Source of the DNA: an uncultured Anaerolineaceae bacterium
Lineage (GTDB): Bacteria; Chloroflexota; Anaerolineae; Aggregatilineales; Phototrophicaceae
Reading direction: 5' to 3'
Length of the DNA: 64,000 nt
Assembly (NCBI GenBank): GCA_964556745.1
Contig: CAZKXW010000007.1
Span: forward strand, 21,028 to 85,027
The translations under genes were made by a program, and so were the position numbers. The notes under the pieces are model-generated. The model searched no databases. It had not been told where the DNA came from and worked only from the letters and a program-made list of their open reading frames with translations. Position 1 is the first letter of the stretch; every line of letters begins with the position of its first letter. Shown here piece by piece: positions 1 through 9,245 of the stretch.

Positions 1-180
1 ACCATCTGGAAGCCCGGCTCCGCCCGCATCCCGGCTGAGCTGCACGCGCTCGACCCCTTCGAGCGTGCCCGCCGCTATCCTTACGCGCCCGACCAACCGC
101 ACCCGGCCACGGCGCTGATTCTGTCCCTGCGCGAACTCCCCGCTGCCGTCCGGGCCATCGAGGAGCAGGCGGGACGATGA
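1..180 (+). CDS. 3' end of a gene truncated by the window edge (possibly a HAD-family hydrolase C-terminus)
   Basis: Frame 1 is open from base 1 to TGA at 178-180 (TIWKPG...ALILSLRELPAAVRAIEEQAGR*), with GC-rich codon usage. Confidence 0.5.
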   Translation, partial: TIWKPGSARIPAELHALDPFERARRYPYAPDQPHPATALILSLRELPAAVRAIEEQAGR

Positions 181-372
181 AGGTGGCCATGGACATCGCG
201 CTTCAGTGGAGGGAACGGTAGTCACGCCTCTGGGAAAATAGAAAGCCGTCCATTTATGAAAATAGTGTAAGATTTCAGAGTCTCAAGGAAACTGTCGAAC
301 AACACCGTTTATGATGGGGACAGTTCATTAATGTCATGCTGCCTGATCGGTAGTTACAAAAGGTGCAGTATC

Positions 373-750
373 ATGCCCATCACCGTTGAGTGGGGAAACG
401 CAGAGCAGACCATCATTGTCATCCGCTATGAGGGCCGCTGGGACGTCAAGGATGTGCACGCCGGGCTGGACAAAGTATTCGATATGCTTGGCACGGTCGA
501 TCATACCGTCGATTCAATTGTGGATATGAGCCAGTCGAAATCGTCGCCGACGAACCTGCTGGCGGCGGCCGGGCGGGTGGAACGGAAAGCACCCAACACG
601 GGTCGAACCGTGATCGTCAACGTGAACACCTATCTGAAGGCGATTGCCGATATTGCCCGGTATGTGGCTCCGAAGACGGTCGGGCGCACCTACTTCGTCA
701 AGTCGCTGGAAGAGGCCTACCAGGTGCTATCGGTCAACGAGAAGAGTTAG
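373..750 (+). CDS. small hypothetical protein (STAS/SEC14-like alpha/beta fold, a type common in Chloroflexota)
   Basis: ATG at 373 follows AAGGTG; 125 aa MPITVEWGNAEQ...FVKSLEEAYQVL. Confidence 0.7.
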   Translation: MPITVEWGNAEQTIIVIRYEGRWDVKDVHAGLDKVFDMLGTVDHTVDSIVDMSQSKSSPTNLLAAAGRVERKAPNTGRTVIVNVNTYLKAIADIARYVAPKTVGRTYFVKSLEEAYQVLSVNEKS

Positions 751-1979
751 TCCGGCAACTGCCTGAGATAATCCTCTCCTTCAAAAATCATCCGGTTCAG
801 CACAGCCTCGGCCTGCTCTTCAGTGGAGAGCAGGCCGAAATGTTCACGGGCGAGGGCAACCAACCGGAGGGACCCGGCCACGATCCGCTGATTTTCCGGG
901 GCAGCGAGCAGTTCGTCGAGGGCGGCGGACGGATCCGGCTGGAGCTGGACGCGGGCACGGCGAAGCTGAGCGGCTGCGGCGAGCGCATCCGCTTCCAGGC
1001 CGCGATGTCCCGGCGCGCGGGTCAGGATGATCCGGCAGGCGGGGTCATCAAAGTGCGCCAGATAGTCCCGCGCCTGTTTATCCCGCAGCATCCCCACCAC
1101 GAGACAGACAGCACCCCCATCCGCCGTCAGGGTTCGGCGGAGACGTTGGGCGCTGCCGGGGGTATGGCCGCCGTCGAGCAGCAGCTCATGGCCGCCAGCC
1201 TGCACCCATTCCAGGCGGCCGGGCAGCCGAACGCTGGGGGCATTATCATCGAGCGGGGTGGGGGCTAAACCGCGCTCGACCAGGTTGGCGCAGGCGGCCT
1301 GCGAGAGGCGATAAGCGGGGACGATTTCCAGGGTGGCGTTCGAGATCGCGGCTTCCTGGGCGATGACATCGCTGACCAGCGGGGACTGCTCGGTCGAGAT
1401 GACGCCGCCGTCGGGCTGGATGATGCCGGCTTTGTGCCAGGCGATGGACTGAAGGGAGCCGCCGAGCATCTGGATGTGTTCCATCTCGATGGGGGTGAGG
1501 ACGCCGAGGATGTTGGGGACGGTGTTGACGGCATCGAAGCGGCCGCCCATGCCGATCTCCAGGATGGCGAGGCGAACGCGGCGGAGGCTGAACCACCAGA
1601 AGGCCAGGGCGGTGGTCCGCTCGAAGGTGCTGAAGGGATGGGCGACTCGTTCGGCGGCGCGGGTGACGACCTGGACGCCTTCGATGAACTCGGCCTGGGA
1701 GATGCGTTCACGGCCGATGACGAAGCGCTCGCGGATGCTGTGGAGGTGCGGGCCGGTGAAGAGGCCGGGGGTGAAATCCTGGTCGGGCTGATCGAGGCGG
1801 GCGGCGATCTGGAGGCAGGTCGTTCCCTTGCCGACGGATCCGGCGACCACAACGGCGGGGAAAGCTGCGTGGGGGCTGCCGAGCGCGGCCAGGAGGCTCC
1901 GCATGGGGGCAAGGGAGCGGGGGAAGTGATCCGCGCGGACGGGTTTACAGAGGGCGCGGAGGGCGTCAGGGTAGTCCAT
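747..1979 (-). CDS. folC: folylpolyglutamate synthase / dihydrofolate synthase
   Basis: Motifs VAGSVGKGTT, FTGPHL..IRER, EIGMGGRFDAVN, HKAGII, LPGRLE and LDGGHT. Confidence 0.9.
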   Translation of the reverse strand: MDYPDALRALCKPVRADHFPRSLAPMRSLLAALGSPHAAFPAVVVAGSVGKGTTCLQIAARLDQPDQDFTPGLFTGPHLHSIRERFVIGRERISQAEFIEGVQVVTRAAERVAHPFSTFERTTALAFWWFSLRRVRLAILEIGMGGRFDAVNTVPNILGVLTPIEMEHIQMLGGSLQSIAWHKAGIIQPDGGVISTEQSPLVSDVIAQEAAISNATLEIVPAYRLSQAACANLVERGLAPTPLDDNAPSVRLPGRLEWVQAGGHELLLDGGHTPGSAQRLRRTLTADGGAVCLVVGMLRDKQARDYLAHFDDPACRIILTRAPGHRGLEADALAAAAQLRRARVQLQPDPSAALDELLAAPENQRIVAGSLRLVALAREHFGLLSTEEQAEAVLNRMIFEGEDYLRQLPD

Positions 1980-2017
1980 GTTTGGTTAGCCGATAGCTAT
2001 TAGCTTATAGCAGACCG

Positions 2018-2340
2018 GAAAAGTTAATAGTTGATAGTTTATGGTTGATAGAAAAAATGCGAGTCAGTGCCAGACGGACAAATTGGCACAAATGGCAGCA
2101 AGGGCAACATGGCAATTCTGGGCCAAAGCCCTGGCATGTAAGCAGCTTTTGCCAGAAATGCTGCAAATGTTGCAGCTGCAACTGCGTGAAATTTGCAACT
2201 GCAACGGGGTGCGAAATTCGTGCATTATAAGTGTGTGAAGGTGCGATGCGGCGGGCGGCGGGCGGGCAGAAGCCCGTCCCTACCCGTCCGTAGATACAGG
2301 GTAGCACAAAATGGGCGGGTTAGGGTGACATTTTGGTCAC
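2018..2340. repeat. dispersed modular intergenic repeat, copy A (inverted relative to copy B)
   Basis: 2294-2335 is the exact reverse complement of 22884-22925 (42 bp). Similarity continues through the TGCAAC and TGCCA modules to the AACCATAAACTATCAA end motif. Confidence 0.9.
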
Positions 2341-2604
2341 TCTTTTGAGGGGAAACGGATGGAAAGGGGAAAAAGAAACCGCCGGATGTGGGCGGGAGGA
2401 CATACGCGCTGCGCGCTAGTCCTCCCCTACGAAAATCAGGCATCTTCTTGCTCTGCTGCGGCGATACAGCCCTCACCCTGTCCGGGGTGGGTTTTTCACG
2501 ATCCTCACCCCCAGCCCCTTCTGCCACGATGTGAAAGCAGGATTTCCGCCGACTTTGATCAAGCAACCGCTGGCCGGGATGGGCTAACCGGGTAAGCAGG
2601 GGCG

Positions 2605-2613
2605 TGTTATACT
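2605..2613 (+). promoter_or_regulatory. putative extended -10 promoter element of tkt
   Basis: TGTTATACT about 45 bp upstream of the tkt start. Confidence 0.4.
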
Positions 2614-2658
2614 CGGAGCCGCTTTCGTATTGCCATGATACCTAGGAGGGCTGCTCCC

Positions 2659-4650
2659 GTGACTTCGAACCTGCAAAACCTTGCCATCAATACCATCCGC
2701 ACGCTGTCCATCGACGCGGTGCAGAAGGCCGACAGCGGCCATCCGGGTTTACCGATGGGGGCGGCGCCGATGGCCTACGCGCTGTGGACGAACCACCTGC
2801 GGCACAATCCGCGCAACCCCCAGTGGGCCAACCGTGACCGCTTCGTGCTGAGCGCGGGGCACGGCTCGATGCTGATTTACTCGCTGCTGCACCTGACGGG
2901 CTACGATGTGTCGCTGGACGAACTGAAGAACTTTCGGCAGTGGAAGAGCAAGACGCCCGGCCACCCGGAAGTGCATGAAACCCCCGGCGTTGAAACCACG
3001 ACTGGGCCGCTGGGACAGGGCGCGGCCAACTCGGTCGGGATGGCGCTGGCGGAGGCGTATCTGGCATCGGTCTACAACCGCCCCGGCTACGACATCGTCG
3101 ATCACTATACGTATGCGCTGGTGGGCGACGGCGATCTGATGGAAGGCGTGTGCATGGAGGCAGCGGCCATCGCCGGGGTGTGGGGGCTGAACAAGCTGAT
3201 CTGGCTGTTCGACGACAACCTGACGACGCTCGACGGCCCGGCGGCGATGATCGCCAGCGAAGACACCGATGCCCGTTTCCGGGCGTTGGGCTGGCACACC
3301 GTGCGCGTTGAGGACGGGAATGATGTCAGTGCCATCAACAACGCGATCTATGCGGCCAAAGCGATGAAGGACGCGCCGACGCTGATCTTGATCCGCACGG
3401 TAATCGGCTATGGCAGTCCGAACAAGGCGGGCACGAGCAAGGCGCACGGCTCGCCGCTGGGCAAGGACGAGATCAAGCTGGTCAAGGAGTTTTACGGCTG
3501 GCCGCAGGAAGACTTCTATATCCCCGGCGAGGCGCTGGAACATTTCCGCGAGGCGGTGGATCGCGGCGCGGAGATGCAGGCCAAGTGGGAGGCGCAGTTC
3601 GAGGCTTACCGCAAGGAATATCCTGAACTGGCAGCGCAGTTCGAGCAGGGGCAGCGCGGCGAACTCCCGGCGGGCTGGGACGCGGATATCCCGGTGTACG
3701 GCGAGGGCAAGAAGTACGCGACGCGGAATGTCAACGGGGATGTGCTGAACGCGATTGCGAAGCACATCCCGACCATGATCGGCGGCGACGCCGACCTGGC
3801 GGGCAGCACCAAGACGCTCATCAAGGGCGCGGAACATACGGGCAAGGGCAAAGCTGCCGCCCGCAACATCCGCTTCGGAGTGCGCGAGTTCGCCATGGGG
3901 GCGATTGCCAACGGGCTGGCGCTGCACGGCGGGATCATCAAACCCTACACGGCGACGTTCCTGACCTTCAGCGATTACATGCGGAATGCGATCCGCATGG
4001 GGGCGCTGATGGGCCTGCCGGTGGTCTACATCTTCACGCACGACAGCATCGGTTTGGGCGAAGATGGCCCGACGCACCAGCCGATTGAGCATGTGCCGAC
4101 GCTGAGCGCGATCCCTAACCTGACGGTTCTGCGCCCGGCGGATGCTAACGAGACCGCGGCGGCCTGGAAAGTCGCGATGACGCTCAAGACTCCGGCAGCG
4201 CTGATCTTCACACGGCAGGATCTGCCGGTGCTGGTGGGCGAGCATGTGCGCGAGGGGACGGCAAAGGGTGGCTATGTGCTGGCCGACTGCGAAGGGACGC
4301 CGCAGGTGATCCTGATTTCGCGGGGGAGCGAAGTTCACATCGCCCATGAGGCCTACAAGTCGCTGATGGCCGAAGGAGTCCGCGTGCGGTTGGTCTCGAT
4401 GCCGTCGTGGAATCTGTTCGACCAGCAGAGCGCGGCCTACAAAGAGAGCGTGCTGCCGAAGGCGGTCCGCGCGCGCGTGAGCATCGAAGCGGCGGCGACG
4501 ATGGGATGGGATCGCTACGTGGGGCTGGACGGCATCGTGCTGGGGATCGACCGTTTTGGGGCGAGCGCGCCGTATGAAATCCTGTACCGGGAGTACGGGA
4601 TGACGGCCGAGGCGGTCATCCAGGCGGCCAAGTCGTTAATTCAGAATTGA
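2659..4650 (+). CDS. tkt: transketolase
   Basis: Motifs [31 protein letters not shown] and [19 protein letters not shown] start after AGGAGG. Confidence 0.97.
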   Translation: MTSNLQNLAINTIRTLSIDAVQKADSGHPGLPMGAAPMAYALWTNHLRHNPRNPQWANRDRFVLSAGHGSMLIYSLLHLTGYDVSLDELKNFRQWKSKTPGHPEVHETPGVETTTGPLGQGAANSVGMALAEAYLASVYNRPGYDIVDHYTYALVGDGDLMEGVCMEAAAIAGVWGLNKLIWLFDDNLTTLDGPAAMIASEDTDARFRALGWHTVRVEDGNDVSAINNAIYAAKAMKDAPTLILIRTVIGYGSPNKAGTSKAHGSPLGKDEIKLVKEFYGWPQEDFYIPGEALEHFREAVDRGAEMQAKWEAQFEAYRKEYPELAAQFEQGQRGELPAGWDADIPVYGEGKKYATRNVNGDVLNAIAKHIPTMIGGDADLAGSTKTLIKGAEHTGKGKAAARNIRFGVREFAMGAIANGLALHGGIIKPYTATFLTFSDYMRNAIRMGALMGLPVVYIFTHDSIGLGEDGPTHQPIEHVPTLSAIPNLTVLRPADANETAAAWKVAMTLKTPAALIFTRQDLPVLVGEHVREGTAKGGYVLADCEGTPQVILISRGSEVHIAHEAYKSLMAEGVRVRLVSMPSWNLFDQQSAAYKESVLPKAVRARVSIEAAATMGWDRYVGLDGIVLGIDRFGASAPYEILYREYGMTAEAVIQAAKSLIQN

Positions 4651-4684
4651 AGCCCAGCGGCACAGACGACACAGAGCAATACAG

Positions 4685-4714
4685 AAAGGGCGGGCAGAAA
4701 AGGCCCGTCCCTTT
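4685..4714. terminator. hairpin after tkt (terminator or REP-like)
   Basis: AAAGGGCGGGC-agaaaag-GCCCGTCCCTTT; resembles the palindrome at 2260-2283. Confidence 0.55.
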
Positions 4715-4744
4715 GATGATGGTCGGTTTCAGGCAGGCAGGGCA

Positions 4745-5683
4745 ATGTATCTGGCTATCGACTTTGGGGGGACGCGGACGCGGGTAGGCTGGTTCTCGGC
4801 GGCGCTGAGTCTGCTGCAGCGGGCAGAAGCGCCTTCGCAGATTGAAGAGCCACCGGAAGCGGTGATCGCGCGGATCATCGCGCTGGCGCAGTCGGTTGTG
4901 CCGCCGGGCGAGATGCCCAGTGCCACGGGCCTCTGCGGGCCGGGGGCACAGGCCTACACAGGAGTCATCCTCAACGCGCCGACGCTGCCGGGCTGGGAAC
5001 GAGTCCCACTGGCGGAGCCGATCAGCGCGGCCTTCGGCGGCGTTCCGACCTTCATGGAGAATGATGCCAATCTGGCGGCGCTGGCCGAATACCACTTCGG
5101 GGCGGCGCAGGGCTGCGATCCGGCGCTGTACCTGACGGTCAGCACCGGGATCGGCGGCGGCGCGGTGATTGGCGGGAAGCTGTTCAAGGGTTGGCGTGGG
5201 TTGGCAATCGAGCCGGGACATATTCCGTTCGTCATGCCGGATGGGGGCATCCTCGATCTGGAACGGCTGGCATCGGGGACGGCTATTGGGCGGCTGGCGC
5301 GGGAACGGCTGGCGGCGACGGATAGGCCGTCGGCGCTGCGCGGTCTGGCGCGGGTGGATGGCAAGGCCGTGGGAGAAGCCGCGCGGGATGGCGATGGGCT
5401 GGCGCGGGAGATAATCGAGGAGGCGGGGCGCTGGCTGGGGCTGGGATTGGTAACGCTGGCGCATCTGTTCAATCCGCAGGTGATCGTGCTGGGGGGCAGC
5501 GTGGCGCTGTTGGGTGAGCTGATTCTCCAACCCGCGCGGGAACAGTTGGCCGCGCATCTGTTTGACCCGGCGTTCAACGATCCCGATCTGCTGCGGCTGG
5601 CGGCGCTGGGCGATGATGGGGGTTTGACGGGAGCGGCGCTCTATGCCCGCGCCCGGCTTCAGGAGACGCGGTTGGCGGATTGA
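4745..5683 (+). CDS. ROK family sugar kinase (glucokinase-like)
   Basis: Motifs IDFGGT, ENDANLAALAE, STGIGGG, EPGH and NPQVIVLGG. Confidence 0.9.
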   Translation: MYLAIDFGGTRTRVGWFSAALSLLQRAEAPSQIEEPPEAVIARIIALAQSVVPPGEMPSATGLCGPGAQAYTGVILNAPTLPGWERVPLAEPISAAFGGVPTFMENDANLAALAEYHFGAAQGCDPALYLTVSTGIGGGAVIGGKLFKGWRGLAIEPGHIPFVMPDGGILDLERLASGTAIGRLARERLAATDRPSALRGLARVDGKAVGEAARDGDGLAREIIEEAGRWLGLGLVTLAHLFNPQVIVLGGSVALLGELILQPAREQLAAHLFDPAFNDPDLLRLAALGDDGGLTGAALYARARLQETRLAD

Positions 5684-5692
5684 TCCGCGATC

Positions 5693-6577
5693 CTAGAAGA
5701 GCAGCTCCATTTCCGTGCGGCGGAACATCTCGATATAGCCCATCTGCTGGTAGATCGGCCAGGAGAGTTCGTGCAAGGGCAGATTCTCGATCTTGGTGTC
5801 CTGTTCAGGATGGGTGCGGTGAAGCGCGTAGAGCAGATTGCGCATCACCTCATCGCGCGCGAGGGGGGGGGTCTTGGTGACGACGTGGGTGATCTCGAAG
5901 GGGGTGAATTGATAGACCAGCCAGCCGGTATAGCCGTTGGGCAGACGCACCTTGATGCCCTGGAGGTTGGTCAGTTTGACCAACGAGGCGTTTTCCGTCA
6001 CCCAAGAGGCGCTGCCGGTGCGCTCGGAAAGGCAGGCATAGACCTCTTCACGATCCATCTGGCGGATGACCGAACCGGGCGTGGGCGGGGTATCCGGCAG
6101 GGGGGCAGGCGGGCGGCGGATAACCAGCAGGTCACGCACGTCCCGAAAGCCCATTTTCACGAAGAGGCTGTGCGCCGGGATATTGCCCTGGATGACTTCG
6201 AGCTGAATCAGGCGCGGGTAGTAGTGTTGGGCAGCGTCGATCATCAGGCGCATGAGGAATTGGCCCATATTGCGGCCGCGCCGCTCCGGGATGACACCGA
6301 GGCGGGTGATCCAGGCGCGGTCGCCGCGCAGGCCTAACATGCCCAGCCCGGCCACCTGCCCCTGCGAGTCAAAGATGACCGGGGAATCGTCCAGGTTGAT
6401 GTCATAGGTGCGGATGTAAGACTGCATCCGCTTGGCATTCATCGGCATCGGCACAATGTAATCGACGCGCGTATGGTTATAAATGTCGGCCAGTTCTTCC
6501 GCGCTGAAACTGCTGGCAGGCACGTGGTCGTAGCAGGGTTCGTGGGTGGTCACGGGCGGCGGTCCAACGTCATGCAT
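5693..6577 (-). CDS. GNAT family N-acetyltransferase (N-terminal GNAT plus a degenerate second domain)
   Basis: Acetyl-CoA motif GVIPERRGRNMG and LEVIQGNIPAHSLFVKMGF; last gene of the signalling operon. Confidence 0.85.
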   Translation of the reverse strand: MHDVGPPPVTTHEPCYDHVPASSFSAEELADIYNHTRVDYIVPMPMNAKRMQSYIRTYDINLDDSPVIFDSQGQVAGLGMLGLRGDRAWITRLGVIPERRGRNMGQFLMRLMIDAAQHYYPRLIQLEVIQGNIPAHSLFVKMGFRDVRDLLVIRRPPAPLPDTPPTPGSVIRQMDREEVYACLSERTGSASWVTENASLVKLTNLQGIKVRLPNGYTGWLVYQFTPFEITHVVTKTPPLARDEVMRNLLYALHRTHPEQDTKIENLPLHELSWPIYQQMGYIEMFRRTEMELLF

Positions 6578-6607
6578 ATTGTTCTCTTGAGTCCCCCGGC
6601 AAAGTCG

Positions 6608-7072
6608 CTATCCGGCGTTGGGGCTGGACGTATCCTCGGATGATGGCGCGGCAGGTATTTGGGCATCCTTCGGCGGCGCGTCTGGCGATGAGGCCAGTTC
6701 TGCCGCCGGCGGGGAGATAAACGCCTTGACCTGTTCGGCGAAGCGGCGGGTATCGATGGGCTTGGTGATGACGCCATCGCAGCCGTAGGCCTTGGCCATC
6801 TCGGCGACGCGGTCTTCCGGCCAGGCGGTAAAGGCCACCACCTTGACCTGCTTCAAGGCCGCCCGCTGGCGCAGCATCCCGACGATGGTCTGGCCGTCGA
6901 TATCGGGCAGGCCCATATCGACCAGCACGACATCAGGCGCGTCGGCGAAGACCTGCATCAGACCGTCTTCGCCGTTATCGGCCACACGGACATCGTGTCC
7001 GGCGTGCTGCAACAGTTTTTCAGCCAACCGCGCGTTGTTCGGATTATCCTCGATGATGACGATCCGGCTCAC
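6608..7072 (-). CDS. single-domain response regulator (CheY/DivK-like)
   Basis: IEDN, VDMGLPDIDG, AFTA and TKP; Pro/Ala-rich tail. Confidence 0.92.
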   Translation of the reverse strand: MSRIVIIEDNPNNARLAEKLLQHAGHDVRVADNGEDGLMQVFADAPDVVLVDMGLPDIDGQTIVGMLRQRAALKQVKVVAFTAWPEDRVAEMAKAYGCDGVITKPIDTRRFAEQVKAFISPPAAELASSPDAPPKDAQIPAAPSSEDTSSPNAG

Positions 7073-7120
7073 GCCCCTGCTCCTTACTTCGCTTCCGGGC
7101 AGAACAGCTCGCGCCTGATT

Positions 7121-9238
7121 TTATTGTAATGCATCTTCGATGACGTACAGGAATTCGCGTCGATTGAGAGTCCCTTTTTCCAGGATGGAAACCGCCTGTG
7201 CTCTGAGCTGATGGCGCTCCTCAGGATCCAAGGCTTTGGCAGAGATGACCACCACCGGGATGTCGCGCAGCGCGCGGTCGTGCTTGAGGGTGTCCAATAC
7301 GGTCAAGCCGTCTATTTCCGGCAGCATCAGGTCAAGCAGGATCAAGTCCGGTCGATGCTGGTGGACAGCCTTGAGGCCATCGCGCCCATTCGAGGCTTCC
7401 AGGATGCGGATGTTACCCTGGCTGCTCAGCAGGCGGCGCGCCAAGCGCATATCGTGGGGATTATCCTCGATGATGAGGATGGTTGGCGAGTCCACTGCGG
7501 GGGCGTGGGACTTCGCGGACTCCTGTGCCAGGTCTTGGGATGGCTGGACCGGCGCGCCGGGCAGTTGATGGCCGAGCGCGGCGACAACCTGTTCGAGAAG
7601 ATGGCGGCTGTCGGCCTCGCCCTTCGACCAGATTACTTCGGTGTATTCGTGCAGCAGGCGATCTTCCTGCTCGCTGAGGTTGCGGGCGGAGGCAACGATC
7701 ACCTTGATCCCGGCAGTATCCGGGCTGCGCTTGAGGGTCTCCAGCAGCGTGAAGCCGTCCATCTCCGGCATGGTCAGGTCGGTGATGATGAGGTCGGGGC
7801 GGTGGTCGTGGAGGAGCTGGAGCGCTTCCAGGCCGCTGCCGGCTTCATAGATGCGGTAGTTTTTGCAGCGCTGAAGCAGTTTGCGGATCAGGCGGCGGTC
7901 TTTGGGGTTGTCATCGACGACCAGGATGCTGGTCACCTGCTCGTCGAGGCTCTGGATGGCAGCATCCAGCCCTTCGGTCAGGCTGTAGCGCTCGGCCTGC
8001 GCTCCCATACCGTGAAGCTGCAAATCCAGCACATAGCGGTCGCCGAGGATGTGACTCTCGGCGCTGAAGGTGTGGCCGGAGCCGTTGACGACCACGGTTT
8101 CGTCCGGGCGGATCGTCCCGTCAGTGAGCATCTGTTCCAACCCGGCGAAGGCGACCGCTGTGGCAGGTTCGACCGAAATGCCGGCTTTGCTCGCCAGACG
8201 GCGCATGGCGTCGAAGGTGCGGCCGTCCTCGGCAGCGATCATCACCCCACCGTTGGACAGCACGGCCTGGCGCAGCAGGCTGTAGCTGAAGCCCGGATCG
8301 CCAGTCGCCAGCACGGCGATGAGGGTCTGGGGGATGACCGGGGTAGCTTTGGCTTGCCCGGCCTGGAACGCCGCCACCATTGGGGCGCAGCCGGCGGCCT
8401 GGACGATGCCGAGTTTAGGCATCTGCGCGATGAAGCCCATCTGGAGGAGTTCGCTGAAGCCCTTCCAGACCCCCAACGGGCCGATGCCGCCGCTGACCGC
8501 CTGAATGTACCAGTCGGGAGCGCGCCAGCGTCCGGAGGAATCCGGCCCCAGCGCTGCGCCCAACTGCTCGGCAATCTCGAAGGCCAGCGTCTTCATGCTC
8601 TCTTTGCCGGGGATGGATTTGGCGCCCTGGTCGAAGTACAGCCCTTTGCGGCGGGCGAACTCAGCGGCGACGTGTTTGGTTTCGTCATACGTTCCAGAAA
8701 CCTTGACGACCTCAGCGCCGTAGAGGGCGGCCTCGCGCATTTTCTCAGCCGGGACCTGGCTGGTCACGAACAGCCACAGGCGAATGCCGGCGCGGGCACA
8801 GTAGGCGGCGTAGGCGGCCCCAGCGTTACCGGTCGAGGCCAGTACACACTCATCGATCCCGGCGCGCCGCAGGGCGGTCACCGAGAGGGCCGCCTGCCGG
8901 TCTTTGAAGGAACTGGTCGGTTCCTGACGTTCGTCTTTCATGAACAGATGCGGATGGTTGAACAGCCGTTCGTAGTTGTAGAGGCGCGTCAGCGAGGTTC
9001 CGCCTTCGCCCAGGGTGATTTCAGGCTCAGGTTCGCTCAGCGGCAGCAGTTCGCTGTAGCGCCAGAGCGAGCGTCCGCGTTCAATCAGAGCAGCGGGCCA
9101 GAGACCCGCCGCCGTTTGGAGGTCGTAGCGCGCGTCCAACCAGGGCGAGCCGCAGCAGGCGCAGGCTTTGGCCATGGGGTCGGGCGGCATCGTGTGCCCG
9201 CATTCCAGGCACACGATGCGCTCGAATAACGATGTCAT
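7121..9238 (-). CDS. threonine-synthase-like PLP enzyme (fold type II) with an N-terminal Zn ribbon, fused to two C-terminal receiver domains
   Basis: CLEC...CACC ribbon; PTSSFKDR (PLP Lys); ASTGNAG; EPATA; REC1 VDDN...TDLTMPEMDG; REC2 IEDN...LDLMLPEIDG. Confidence 0.9.
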   Translation of the reverse strand: MTSLFERIVCLECGHTMPPDPMAKACACCGSPWLDARYDLQTAAGLWPAALIERGRSLWRYSELLPLSEPEPEITLGEGGTSLTRLYNYERLFNHPHLFMKDERQEPTSSFKDRQAALSVTALRRAGIDECVLASTGNAGAAYAAYCARAGIRLWLFVTSQVPAEKMREAALYGAEVVKVSGTYDETKHVAAEFARRKGLYFDQGAKSIPGKESMKTLAFEIAEQLGAALGPDSSGRWRAPDWYIQAVSGGIGPLGVWKGFSELLQMGFIAQMPKLGIVQAAGCAPMVAAFQAGQAKATPVIPQTLIAVLATGDPGFSYSLLRQAVLSNGGVMIAAEDGRTFDAMRRLASKAGISVEPATAVAFAGLEQMLTDGTIRPDETVVVNGSGHTFSAESHILGDRYVLDLQLHGMGAQAERYSLTEGLDAAIQSLDEQVTSILVVDDNPKDRRLIRKLLQRCKNYRIYEAGSGLEALQLLHDHRPDLIITDLTMPEMDGFTLLETLKRSPDTAGIKVIVASARNLSEQEDRLLHEYTEVIWSKGEADSRHLLEQVVAALGHQLPGAPVQPSQDLAQESAKSHAPAVDSPTILIIEDNPHDMRLARRLLSSQGNIRILEASNGRDGLKAVHQHRPDLILLDLMLPEIDGLTVLDTLKHDRALRDIPVVVISAKALDPEERHQLRAQAVSILEKGTLNRREFLYVIEDALQ

Positions 9239-9245
9239 TGTCACC

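Noticed and set aside
2005..2307. ORFs beginning MLPCIYGRVGTGFCP here and at 22912-23370 as a duplicated small-protein family
   Set aside because: The shared N-terminus reflects the DNA repeat. The frames diverge after about 15 codons because of indels, the starts are non-ATG with no RBS, and codon usage is atypical.
2749..4347. Long antisense ORFs (also 7211-9229, 23388-24863, 51012-53495, 59309-60739 and others)
   Set aside because: These are shadow ORFs opposite well-supported genes, as expected in high-GC DNA, and show no recognisable motifs.
7121..9238. Calling this gene housekeeping thrC
   Set aside because: It is fused to receiver domains, lies in a signalling operon without hom/thrB, and has an atypical phosphate loop. 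Its substrate cannot be established from sequence.
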